64,000 bases of DNA from positions 91,512,001-91,576,000 of the forward strand of contig OX597818.1 in assembly GCA_951406725.2 (NCBI GenBank), written 5' to 3'. Below are positions 1 through 12,534 of this stretch, piece after piece. The first letter of the stretch is position 1; each line of letters starts with the position of its first letter. The notes under the pieces were generated by a model. It had not been told where the DNA came from, did no database searches, and was given only the letters and a program-made list of their open reading frames with translations. The translations under genes and the position numbers were made by a program. The stretch comes from Octopus vulgaris (Eukaryota).

Positions 1-727
1 AACTGTACGTATGAAATCCACAGAGAAGCCTACTGTCACACTTATATCGTACTAGTGCAAAAAAGTCAAAGTTTGTTGTTGTTTTGAGTACCTTAAATCA
101 AATTGTAGAAGTTCCTTTTGCAAATAACCCCAAGAAGAAGCCTAACACTATACTTTTTTATAACAAAAATAATGTAGGCGTAGACGTGCTTCATCAAATA
201 TCATGGCTTTATTCAGTCAAAGCAAGCAGTAGACCATGGCCAATGCATGATTTTTTGTAATATTTTGGATATTGCTCTTATAAACACTTATAAACACTAG
301 TGTTTGCAACTCAGTCATAATTTAACGGGAATTTATTCAAAAAGTTGCTCAAGACCTTTGTGGTAATTCACCTCACGATCGTCCATGTATTGTCATAAAA
401 CCCTATAGAGGAAACATCTACTTCTAGAAATAAAGTCAGACGTACGTTTGTGAAAACAAAATGCCGAAACAGAAACACAGAAATGTATGGAGTTTATAAA
501 AACCCTGTGTGGCAAATGGGCGCAAAAATACTGCGATGAATGTTTGGAATTTCAATAAATATCAAACTATTGCGACTAATATCACCGTGAAGTCATAAAC
601 TTCATATATTTAATAAAGGTTCTCTACTTCTTTTCTCTTTTTTCCCCTTTCAAATTGAAAAACATCTTTGTGTCAACTGACGCATTTTGGTCCTTAAAGA
701 TAGCTAAAACGTCCGATCCTTATAGTG
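1..727 (+). mobile_element. piggyBac-like transposon, decayed 3' part of transposase and probable right end
   Basis: Translates to VVVLSTL...KKKPNTILFYNKNNVGVDVLHQ...YSVKASSRPWPMH...NILDIALIN (piggyBac KPxxIxxYNxxKxGVD and RRWP motifs), followed by a degenerate Cys-rich tail. Frameshifted. Ends ...tagtg|ttag (degenerate TTAA). Confidence 0.8.
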
Positions 728-1243
728 TTAGTATATCGAAATATTTTGATATAAGGCTAATGTAAAACAAAAATAAAGGCTTGCCACAAAATAAAGTATT
801 TAAGACAAAGAAAAGTTTGGTTAATTTTTGTCGTCAATTTAAACACAGACAAGACATTACTTTAGGAGTGAGTCGCAGCTGTTAAAGTACGGAAGGCAGT
901 AGTCCAGGCAATTGTCCAAGACGAACTGAAGTAACATTGTTAATTGACGTGGTCATACGTTTTAATGCAATTTGCACTTTTCATACAAAGACAGTGTTTG
1001 GCAGAGGTTTCAATAGGAAATGTCGCCAGTCGTCGTGAAACACTAGCAATTTGAAGACTGACAACAATGGCGGCGAATAACAATAGCAACAAAAACAACA
1101 ATAATCTTTTGTTCATTTCTTTGTTTGCGTATTTATTTGCTTCTTGTTTATATTTGTCATGTTATGACTAATAATTGCATATATTATGTGCAGGTATATG
1201 TCTTCATAAACATACACACATATAAATATATACATACAAACAT

Positions 1244-1281
<38 letters not shown>

Positions 1282-1515
1282 ATACCTCATGTACAAAGCC
1301 ATATGTATGTGTTTGTGTGTGTTTAATATTCATGGATGCAAATATATATATATATAAGTTTACCTATCTGTTTCGAAAAATTCTTCATGCGAAATAGTGT
1401 GATGAAACAGATATACTCATATATCGGGATCGTCATTTTTTAGTGCATGTGTGTTAATAGTTACCAAGAATTTCTATCCTGTTATATAGCAATAAATACA
1501 TACACACATACATAC

Positions 1516-1593
<78 letters not shown>

Positions 1594-1838
1594 ATATATA
1601 TCTATATCTATATATATATATATATACAATAAAAATGGTAAATAATTTTCCTGTGGTTTTTCATGTAACCAACAATTATTTACCGGTAAATTTCGGTATG
1701 TAAATACGACAAAATAATTTTCAAGACCTTTGTAAGGTTCAGTATATAGTGAAGAAAAATAAGTTGGCCAGCAGCAAGCTGTTTCGCCTCAGCAGCAAGC
1801 TGTTTCGGTATGAGGCGAAACAGCTTGCTGCTGGCCAA

Positions 1839-1873
<35 letters not shown>

Positions 1874-1931
1874 GCAATACACACACACACACACATGTAT
1901 ACATACTTATATTTATATATTTACATATATA

Positions 1932-2296
1932 TTAGCAGTATTGCCAGGAGTTGCTTGGGTTTGTTTCGACACTTTAGAATTGGAATTTTTGAAAACTAAA
2001 AATTTTGCATTCTGTAGCTTGTTATTCTCTTTAAGTGAACATTTTGGGGTTGAAATACACCGAAAAATGGCAACACAGCAGTCAAAAAATCGTAAAGAAT
2101 AGAGATTTTCATAGAAAAAAGCACCTTTTTGATGTAAATAATTTTTGGTGTTAACATGGTCCGATTTTCTTATATGGAATAAAGAACAAGTCTTCTTCTA
2201 GCATACTCTCAATTTTGGTCAACTTGCGCCGCAGGGTCTCGGAGGAGATAGTGTTAGTTGAAGGCTACCAAGCCTGCCATGCACAGACAGCTTCTG

Positions 2297-2302
<6 letters not shown>
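1932..2302 (-). mobile_element. Non-autonomous Helitron-like element
   Basis: The minus-strand 3' end aaacccaagcaactcctggcaatactgctaat matches the hairpin+CTAG end of the element at 62004-62387. The 5' end atataaaagcagaagctgtctgtg is also similar. Confidence 0.65.
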
Positions 2303-2338
<36 letters not shown>

Positions 2339-2567
2339 ATATACATATTCTTTTATTCTTTTATGTTTCAATCATTTGACTGCGGCCATGCTGGAGGACC
2401 ACCTTTAGTCGAAGAAAACAACTCCAGGACTTATTCTTTGTTAGCCTAGTACTTCTTCTATTGTTCTCTTTTTTGCCGAACCACTAGATTACAGGGATGT
2501 AAGCACAGCAGCATCGGTTGGCCAGCAATGTTGGCAGTGACAAACACAGGCACACACACACAAACAC

Positions 2568-2603
<36 letters not shown>

Positions 2604-3034
2604 TTTTCTAATTTATATATATACTTCATGCAATTTACGCATGCTTGTACGCGTGCTGATCACAGTTCACATCAAACAGCTGACTGAGTAAAGTTCACTA
2701 TTCAATGCATGGGATAAGGCCTAAACAAACACATTATAGATTTTTGCACTTGCGAGATGAATTTGGGAACAGAAATACCGCAGTTCAATTTTCATTCGCC
2801 TAAACTTTAAGTGACCCATATTTGGTGGTTCTACGATTTGTTGGCTAGGAGGAGATGTGCCGGGAACCTAAACACACAGACACACACACATATACACACA
2901 CAGACACACAAGTTGAGTTATATATATATAGATATGTATATGTATCTATATATATATAATTATATATATATATACATATATATATATAAATATATGTAGA
3001 TACATAAATACATACATACGCATATATATATATA

Positions 3035-3222
<188 letters not shown>

Positions 3223-3237
3223 TACATATATATGCTT

Positions 3238-3565
3238 GTTTGGCATGGTGCAGAGTCCTGTTGTAAGACACACAGTGTTCCAGCAACCACCTTCTTGATC
3301 TAAAGCTGCACTACCTCCTCCAGGCACTTGACGTAGGACTCCTGCAGAGTCTGAGGCCCCGTGGAAAGAGGAATGGAGGCATAACGTGGCCATCACCAGT
3401 GATCACTCTAAACACCATGATGCTGCATCATGATGTGTTTCTTGTCATAGAGTGTGCCCAACTGACCCTACTATACTGTGTAGTGGACAAAATCAAAAAT
3501 GAACAATGCTCATGCACGAAATTAAATATATAAAATGGTGACAAGTTACCCATTGCACCTACCCT
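3238..3565 (-). mobile_element. maT/DD37D-like Tc1-mariner transposase fragment
   Basis: IMVFRVITGDGHVMPPFLFP...KCLEEVV...VLQQDSAPC. Homologous to 46860-47000 and shares the terminal gggtgc(a/g)atgggtaa(c/a)ttgtc motif. Confidence 0.7.
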
Positions 3566-3629
3566 CACTTAGCAGTCATTCAAATAGCTATTTGAATAAT
3601 AACGGTCAATCGCTCAGTAATGTCTCTTT

Positions 3630-3815
3630 GTATAACGGTCATTTTTCATAGCATTTTTACGATGGCCAGAGAACTGAAGAGATGGTAGCGTCGACTTCCA
3701 CCTCGGCATCCGAAACTCGGAGTTTTATCATAATTGTAACATATTGCATTTACAGATAAATTCCTCTATTTACATAATATCGAGGTCTCTTTCATTCTTT
3801 TGTTGGCTTACCATG
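3630..3815 (+). mobile_element. Small Penelope-type terminal repeat with degenerate hammerhead (family 2), ending at (TA)n
   Basis: gagaa CTGAAGA gatg...catc c GAAA ctcggag TT ttatc. Homologous copies lie at 40063-40240 (minus) and 47810-47945. Confidence 0.55.
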
Positions 3816-3872
<57 letters not shown>

Positions 3873-4744
3873 CCGTCTTAACGTGGGGGCTATCTCAGAA
3901 CATAAAATACTACATTATTTACTGTGATAGATTCTCTTATACGGACTCTTGGTACGTAAAAGCGCTCGAAATTACATCGTTGACAGAAAAGAATCGTCTG
4001 TTATTTTCACCGAATCTTCTAAATCACGTTATTTCTTCTTCAATGCTCTCCTTCGAGACAGATATCCAGAGGCGTGATAAGAGCCTAATCTTCCGTCAGC
4101 AGTAAATAGGATCTCATTGTCTAACCAGGTACTGGTGTCGCAAATGGCCAGTGGGAATTTTTTATAAAATAACTAATATTGATACAACCAACACATTAAG
4201 TTGGTCAAGAGAATATTTTGTATTAATGTTGTTTCTGTCGCTATTATTAATACATATGTGTGTGTGCTCGTTGTGTGTGTGTACATAAATAAATACATAC
4301 ATAGATACACATGCATACACACACACACACTCATATATATATATATATATATGAGACCACAGTGTACGTACGCCGTATATGTTTATATAAATAGGAAAAA
4401 ATATATATAGGACAAGAACGCAAAATATCCAGACCAGACAGATGGTAGAAAAAAGTGTGGAAGAGAGGAGAGGGAAGAGATTTAGAGGCAGAATGATTGA
4501 AGAATAGGGAGGGACGAGAAAAAAGAAAAGGGACAGAGTGAAGTGAAAGAGGAGGGAGGTGAGAATGAAGAGAAAACCAGGAAATGTGAGAGAGGGGGAA
4601 CGAAAGAAATAAGAGTAGAAAGAACGAAGTAAGTGTGAAGGCCTGATAAAAAGAAAGAAAGAATGAAAGAATAAGAGTGTTGTACAAAATTTATATATAT
4701 ATATACATATAAGATACCACAGTGTACGTACGCCGCCATATGTA

Positions 4745-5383
4745 TATAAAACGGAATACAAAAAATGAGACAAGAACGCAAAATATCCAGACAGATGATA
4801 CAAAGAAGGGAGAAGCAAAATCCAGGACGGGTCATTCGGAGTTTTCTTTCCTCAATCGAATTCCAGATTATTTTTGCAGTTTCTGCTAGTTATACACGAG
4901 ATTGCTCCAATATGGCCACCCCCAAAGAAAAACTAAACTAAGAGCACTATATGATCTTTGCAATTTCGGCTGGTTATACTCAGGATTGCTCCAATCTGGT
5001 CAGCCCCAAAGAAAATCTAAGATAAGAGTACTTGGAAGAAAGCAGCGAATGTATAAGAAAACAAGGACGAAAAAAACCGGAGAAATGGTCCTGTTATTTA
5101 CATTTGTATTTGTGTACTATTTCTCCTTATTTTTCCGTCCTTATTTTCGTATACATTCGCTGCTTTCTTCCAAGGAATCTAGTGCTCTTAGCTTAGGTTT
5201 CTTTGGGGCTGACCAGATTGGAGCAATCCTGAGTATAACCAGCAGAAATTGCAAAGATAATCTAGAAAGCAACTGAGGAAAGAAAAACTCCGAATGACCA
5301 ATCTTTGTTGTTTCCTGTCCCTTTTTTGTACCTTTTATCTGGATGGTTTGCGTTCTTGTCCTATTTCTTGCATTCCTTATATA
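4745..5383. repeat. Long fold-back (inverted duplication) between (TA)-rich tracts, with a partial direct duplication at 4353-4450
   Basis: caggattgctccaatctggtcagccccaaagaaa...ttggaagaaagcagcgaatgtata is mirrored by tatacattcgctgctttcttccaa...tttctttggggctgaccagattggagcaatcctg, centred near 5100. Another family member lies at 58262-58412. Confidence 0.85.
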
Positions 5384-5499
5384 AATAAATAAATGAATAA
5401 ATAAATAAATTTATATATATATATATTTATTGGCTAAACTGGCAAAATGACCATTCCGAAATATAACAATATATATATACAAATATATATATATACATA

Positions 5500-5838
5500 T
5501 ATAAATTTAAGAGAGTTAACGTTAAGTGGCCAACTCCAGTGCTAGAAACAGCTCCTTATTCTGGTATAGCCACCGAAGATTGTTTCCACAGAAGAAATAA
5601 CATTACCTTCAACGTAAGGGAAGCGAAATACAACTAATATGTGAGTATAATTGCATATTATTTTGATAAAGAAACAATTGTTCAGTATTAATCTATCTTT
5701 TCGTTGTATTTCGCTTCCCTTACGTTGAAGGTAATGTTATTTCTTCTGTGGAAACAATCTTCGGCGGCTATACCAGAATAAGGAGCTGTTTCTAGCACTA
5801 GAGTTGGTCACTTAACGTTAACCCTCTTATATTTATGT
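5500..5838. repeat. Near-perfect inverted repeat (arms about 130 bp, spacer about 65 bp)
   Basis: gttaacgttaagtggccaact...gggaagcgaaatacaac versus gttgtatttcgcttccc...agttggtcacttaacgttaac. Confidence 0.92.
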
Positions 5839-6647
5839 ATAAATTTGTACTGTCTCTCTGGTTTCTATGTGCTAGGCCACTTGGTGTTAAACTGACGGTA
5901 TTATTAAATTAATATCTAATTTTTCACCCTCATTTATGAATTTACAAATATCTCTTTCTCTCTATATATATATAAACACGACGGGCGTCTTTGTGTTACC
6001 GTCTACCAAATTCCCTCACGAGGTTTGCTCGGGCTTGATCTATAGCTGAAATGATTTACCCAAGATGTTGCGCAGAAGAAATAAATCTAGAGCCAATGTA
6101 GTTGAGAATAAGCTTCTTACCACACACCAATCCCTTATGATTTCTTTTTTAAAGACATGAGAGAAAAATCCGTTCAGGCTGACTTTCTCTTTGGTTGGAT
6201 TTCTCCCAGAAATATGAGAGTCGTGTGTAAGATTCTATGAACTTTACTCACTAACCGAAACTATTTTGAAAATCATAAACAATTTGGTGATAGAACAGAC
6301 AATCAAATTGTTCAATATTTTCGGTTAGTTAAATGTAACGGTATCAATTCTAAAAAGGTTTTAGACTGGGGCATCCGCTTGGAAGTGATAATGGAATGTT
6401 TCTTCTCGACTGAATGTTGCTACCGTGAATAAGTGAATTTCAGGCATTGCTCCAGGCCTTATTGGTTAAGATTCAATAGCCAGTTTTTAAACCTGTTTTT
6501 CCAGCCATAAACAAATATCTTGATTCTGAAAGAAACGGCTGCAATCATACGCTTTGAAGCTCATTGAAACACTACAGAAAACTGTTGCAACAATCATTCA
6601 CACGACATTGCTTCTTCCAGCTCAGAAAACAAAACAAAATAAAAATC

Positions 6648-6651
<4 letters not shown>

Positions 6652-6728
<77 letters not shown>

Positions 6729-6760
6729 GGAAGAGAGAGAGAAAGAGAGAGAGAGTGAGA
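6652..6760 (+). repeat. (GA)n microsatellite
   Basis: Seen directly. Confidence 0.98.
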
Positions 6761-7295
6761 GGGGCAGGCAGACAGACAGAAACTGAGACAGTGATAGATA
6801 GAGAATGGAAATACCTTTTCCATTTCGAGGATACATTTTTTTTCTGAAACAAAGAGTAAAAGCCGGAGAAAGCTAATAGAGAAATGGAACGCACGTATAG
6901 AAAACTGCCATAAGATGCTGAAATGTCTAAAACCACCGACATTGCCGCATTGCTTACAAGAGACTGGGGTGCGTGAACGGAGTCCAATGACGAACTAGTG
7001 GTGTTATATAGAAAGGCAGTGTAATTCCAGTACAGAAGAAGGGTTTGGTGGGATTTGAACTCAGAACACTAAGTAACGGAAGAAGCATTGCAAAGGTGCC
7101 AGGCGGAAAAAGCACTGCAAGGGAGCCAGAGAATCAAATCTGAGACGATGTAAGCTAAACTACGAACGAATGAATGCCGGCTATAGACACAAATTATGAA
7201 TACTAAAAAAATATCTATTTATCTATCCGATTGTGTCTCATTTATGATGATATTTTATGTGATGTGTGTATAAGAACATACATAAATACATGCAC

Positions 7296-7364
<69 letters not shown>

Positions 7365-7612
7365 CATTTTATAAAGGGCTTAGTAAAATAAATTACTTTG
7401 CCACATACTGAACTCATTAGAAATAGCAGCCAAAAAAAATGTTTTTAGCCATTTCTAATACTTAAAGAAAATTTCTCTCACATAGTGTTTACCGAAGCAT
7501 TAAACAGAGAGAAATTTGAATTATAATTTCAACAATTGAGGGTAAAATTAATTAATTATTAATCAATTTCACCAAGTATTCAGTATGTAAAGGGACCAAT
7601 TGTTGAAATATA

Positions 7613-7650
<38 letters not shown>

Positions 7651-7898
7651 AAATACACTCAAATACATGTACATGAATACATATGTACATGCATGAATGC
7701 ATATATACACACATAGGTACGTAGATACAGACTTATACATACATAAACACATATATATTGTTAAATAGAGAAGAGAGAGAGGAGGAGGAGGAGGAGGGAG
7801 ATAACCCACACACATGTAGATATATGCATATATACCTATGTATGTATATATATACACAAATACCTATAGAAGAATTACGTGCTCACACACATATATCA

Positions 7899-7946
<48 letters not shown>

Positions 7947-9819
7947 GTATGCATGTATGTATGTATATATGTATGTAGGTATGTATATTTAGTAACGTAA
8001 AACACTTCCTCTGCCGATAAATATATATGCCAGGTGCTATGTCTACCAATCTACTTAAATTTTGTATTGGCAACGTTTCATTTTTTCCCAACAGTCGCCA
8101 CATCTTTTCCCTTTCCTCACCCATGTAAAGCTAACAATCCTATATCGATCCTTCTCATATATCAATGGAAATCTCTACGGGCAAGTCTTAAAAAGTAACT
8201 ATTTCAATGAAATATATCGTTGTTATATACAAGTATTATGTTTTCTCATGATTTTATTTCTGGGCATAAATCCATCTTATATAACACCTGAAAATACAAA
8301 CTAAAAGAAGCTCTAACAAACCAGTAAGTGTTAGAAAGAGCATTCAAATCATTTTCTAACCAAACTGTATGTTTGAGAATGTGTAGTGCGATACGAGTTA
8401 TGTGAGGGGTCTAGTTAAACTGATTCACAAAATCAGACCCCTTTAATTTTGCTCAGAATGCTTTCAGTTTTGGTGTATCGATGCAACTCTGAATTTTGAA
8501 TACAATCAACCAATTACTTTATTTTGTAAATTAAAGAAACTGATGCTATTTGGAATTAAATTTGGGAAACTTGGGTAATTTTAACCAATCAATAGACAGC
8601 GAGGCATTAACAGCTTGTTACCATGACAATCGCTCGTGTTGTGTTTCACTTCACCCACGCAGCCACTCCTAAGGATGTACACAAATACATGACAGGAATA
8701 CATAAAGACAAATATATCAATATACAAAATTAAAAAAATAAAATCATACAAAACACTGTAGAAATGAATGAAGAAACAAAAGAAACAGTAAGATGATACA
8801 TGTCGATTTTATTAGGTATTTCTGTTTACTTAGAAACGTACAATGAACAGGTCATTTCAAAGACGCTAAACTACACTTTTCACAGGGTACATCCTTAAAG
8901 TTGACACCGCTAAACGCAGAAATTTTCTGTCTCACTATTTACTCTTTTACTTGTTTCAGCCATTGGCTATAAATACACAATTTTTGTTTTCGATTTTTAA
9001 ACCTCTGTAACTTTTTCCTCCATTTTTTTTTCTCTACACAACATCATGTTTTCATACCGATATGAGTGGAAAACTACATTAATATAGTCGATTTTTACCT
9101 TCTTTTAAAATATGCAGATTTTATGAATCATTTTAACCAGATTCTATCTAAGGACACAAGACAAGGATCTCAGATTTACAATTTTAAATCAAATCCATTC
9201 ACAAGGTTTTGGTCAACCCGGGAACTACAGTAGCAGATATCTGTCCAAGTTGTTGTGCAATGGCACTGAACGCAAGACTCTGTGGTTGGGAAGAAACCTT
9301 TTCGGACATCCAGGCACACCCTATACATGAGGTGTATGAATCGTATCTACTTTTTAAGCTATAGCCAACCGATTAACTTTTTAAATATATATTTTTACTA
9401 AATTCAGCCAACCATGACGGAGACTCTTTCATTATCTATTTATATTTACTAGTTTTCATTCAAAGACATTTGTTAAAGCAATTCTTATTTCTGGAGATTT
9501 GGCACTATATCGTTTCAGTTCGCTCCGCCAAATATGCTTTAGAGAAAAACAGTCAGGCACATACGCACACACACTCACACACACGCACACACACACAAAC
9601 AAACACACGCACGCACACACAGCACCCATAACACACACGCACTGTGTACAACGACATTCCCTCTCCCATTCTTTCTTTCACAGACTGACATACAATCACA
9701 AACACATGCTCTTTCGTATATTTGGTATGTAGGCCGAACAAAGAGTATGTTTATTCATTGATGTAGAAAGTATTGAAGATAGCGCTGGGAGGTAGGGAGG
9801 ATTAATATAATTGGCTATC

Positions 9820-10125
9820 TGCTGGTTACGACGATGAAATTCTAGTTGATCCGATGAGTGGATCAGTTTCCCGTAAAATTAATGTGTTGATCGACTGAGC
9901 ACTTCACAGACAGGCATACCCTTCAAATAAATCTCAGGGAGATTCAGCGCGACATACAATGTGATATGGCTGGCCCTTTCAAATACAGGTAACATTCATT
10001 CTTGCCAGCTGAATGAACAGGATCAAGGTGAAATAAAGTGTTTTGTACAAGGGCACAACGCAACGCCGTGTATCGAACTCCCGGCCTTACATATCGTGAT
10101 TCCATTGCCCTAATCACAAAGTCAT
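9820..10125 (-). mobile_element. tRNA-derived CORE-type SINE with tail X
   Basis: The minus strand has a tRNA-like head, a cccttgtacaaaacactttatttcac core, and a tail shared with 43944-44120. Confidence 0.65.
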
Positions 10126-11029
10126 GCACATTTAAGAGGATTGAGGTAGGTTGAAATCTGAAGGCCAAAAGCATATTTTAAGGGATAGGAGTATAATAGT
10201 CTTGGTGGGCAGCTCAAAATAATATTAATAATATTAAATAGGTTACATTTTATGTTGCCTTTCTTTCTGTCATTGCACTGTAGCCATACTAGATCTCCGG
10301 TTGGAGGGTTTTCGGCCAACGAATTGACCCCGGTCCTCAGTAATTATATTCTAAACCGGATAATCTTTCTATAATTCCTCGTGGGAAAATGCTAGCCTAT
10401 GCTGAGGTTAGCAAACCGATATATATATGTGTATGTATATATATATGTATGTGTGTGTGTGTGTGCATATATATATGAATATATATAGGTTTTTGAGTGT
10501 GTGTGTGTGTGTATGTATTTCTATATGGTAATCGGTAATAAAGTCACAAGAAAAGAGTCACAAGCAATTTGTGGTATCCAGACCCCACCATATCCGGGAA
10601 AAACACCCTGAGACAAAATCCTGCCGGACAAAACCTTTGTGACATTTATCCCGTGACATTTCTACTTGGATTCATATATATACTTATGAGGGCGTAGACA
10701 CACACACAAACACACACATATGGGGGCGTACCCAAAAGTAACAGGAAACGTTTTCTGTAGGGCAAGCTTTCGCCGCTAGAAGCCACTTAATGCAAACCTC
10801 AGGCACGAACCGGCGAGAAGCACTGCAAAACAAAAGCTCGACATGTGGCAGTACGACACGACCTAATGATGCCGGTCAGCTGACTGATGCTTGAGGATTG
10901 ATCCGGGTCTTTTTTCGAGGGGCATCACTGGTGACGAAAGATGGTGCTACGGAATTTGCTAATGTGGAAGAGATGAAGAAAAAACGACGGAGGCATTAAA
11001 ATGTGGAATGTATGTAATTCCCAAACAGC

Positions 11030-11293
11030 ACGTTCCTTGGATAACGGAGCAACAAATTTAACATCCAACGTATTTTTATTTTCATGCTTCCATTTATACT
11101 TCCTATATCTCTCCCTTTCCAAAATAACGAACTCAACTACTCCCTTCTATTGCAGCTCTCTTGACTCGGCCCTGATGATGGGATATCGTTTATTTCGCTG
11201 AAACAGCTGTAAGACCACTTGTCACTTTATAAATGTCCTAAAAATATCTCATTGCTTTGGCCTTATCTTGTTATATTTCACATATAAATCTGT

Positions 11294-11295
<2 letters not shown>
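11030..11295 (+). mobile_element. Small element ending at (TA)n, containing a degenerate type I hammerhead
   Basis: ggcc CTGATGA tgggata..tatttcgct GAAA cagctg TA agacc (about 11168-11216), with palindromic stem III CAGCTG and imperfect stem I. Confidence 0.5.
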
Positions 11296-11355
<60 letters not shown>

Positions 11356-11685
11356 TTTGGTAAAATAGAAAGAAGAATAATCTTGTTGCAGATTAATCAA
11401 AAGTTTAACCGATACCTTGGTAGCAAAAATCACACCAGAAGAAAGCACGGTTGGAGATAAAACCTTTTGGTGTTGCAGCCGTGCGTTGGTGCGGATAATT
11501 GAATTTTAATATTATTAGTAAATTGAAGAAATGGAGTTGAACGAAGATTTTTTTCCTGAAGAGAAAGCCGCAATATGGTATCCTTATTTAATCAGAATTT
11601 GGAAAATTGTGGCTTTTGAAACATGTGTAGAATGCAATAAAAGGAATTCTGTTCAATATTCGTTCAACTCCATTTCTTCAATTCA

Positions 11686-11767
<82 letters not shown>

Positions 11768-12534
11768 TTATTACTAGTACTTTTATTAGTTCCTATCTAA
11801 TGAAATTTAAGTGTATATTAGTCACTGATAATTTAATATTATACCCTGTGGTGTTTATATATCAATGAGTATGTAGTGTTTATTATTAACTCTTGAATAA
11901 TAAAATAACGTATTTCACTCATAAAAATATTAGTTAAATAAAGTTCAGTCGTGTTTTGTTGTGGAAAAAAAATTATATTGAACTTTCCTTATAGTAGTAT
12001 CTATGGAAGACCGGTGGGATTATTATTTGTATGGACTTAAAGATGGATCGCAATTTAGCATATAATTTAGTTATTACAGATTACTATTGATACCAATAAA
12101 ATATACATTGGTTTAAATTTCGCTTGTAGTTTTAGTAAGGTTAGTGTTTAATCTTGCCTATATATTGATTCATTGAAATAACGTGCTTATTAATCTATAC
12201 ATCAAAATACACTACGGAACACTGTAGGGATTATAATTATGACTCAATAGAGTTGTCGCTGTTCAGTTTAGTATTTAAGAGGGGTTGCAATTTACTTATG
12301 GAATTTATTTATCAATACGGTTCTACGTTGGGTAAATGTGTTTGAAAGTTGTGGTTTCTTTGGTTTGTTTGTTTGTTCCCAAACAATACTTATTTTAGGG
12401 CTGTTCAAACAAATCATACCAGTCTCACGAAATTTTGTCGACGAATGTCGAAATTTGGTAATTTATATATATCTTATTTTTTTACGCGGCCACCTATGTA
12501 AATTGAAAGGATGCTGTTGGGAAACGAAAGCAAA

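Noticed and set aside
5555-5640. CCGAAGA...GAAA hammerhead-like spacing inside the 130-bp hairpin
   Set aside because: The core has C in place of U4 in both arms, and no convincing stem I or cleavage-site stem III could be drawn.
7990-8310. Possible Helitron Pif1 helicase remnant
   Set aside because: Only faint motif resemblance across several frames; needs a TBLASTN search and cannot be supported by eye.
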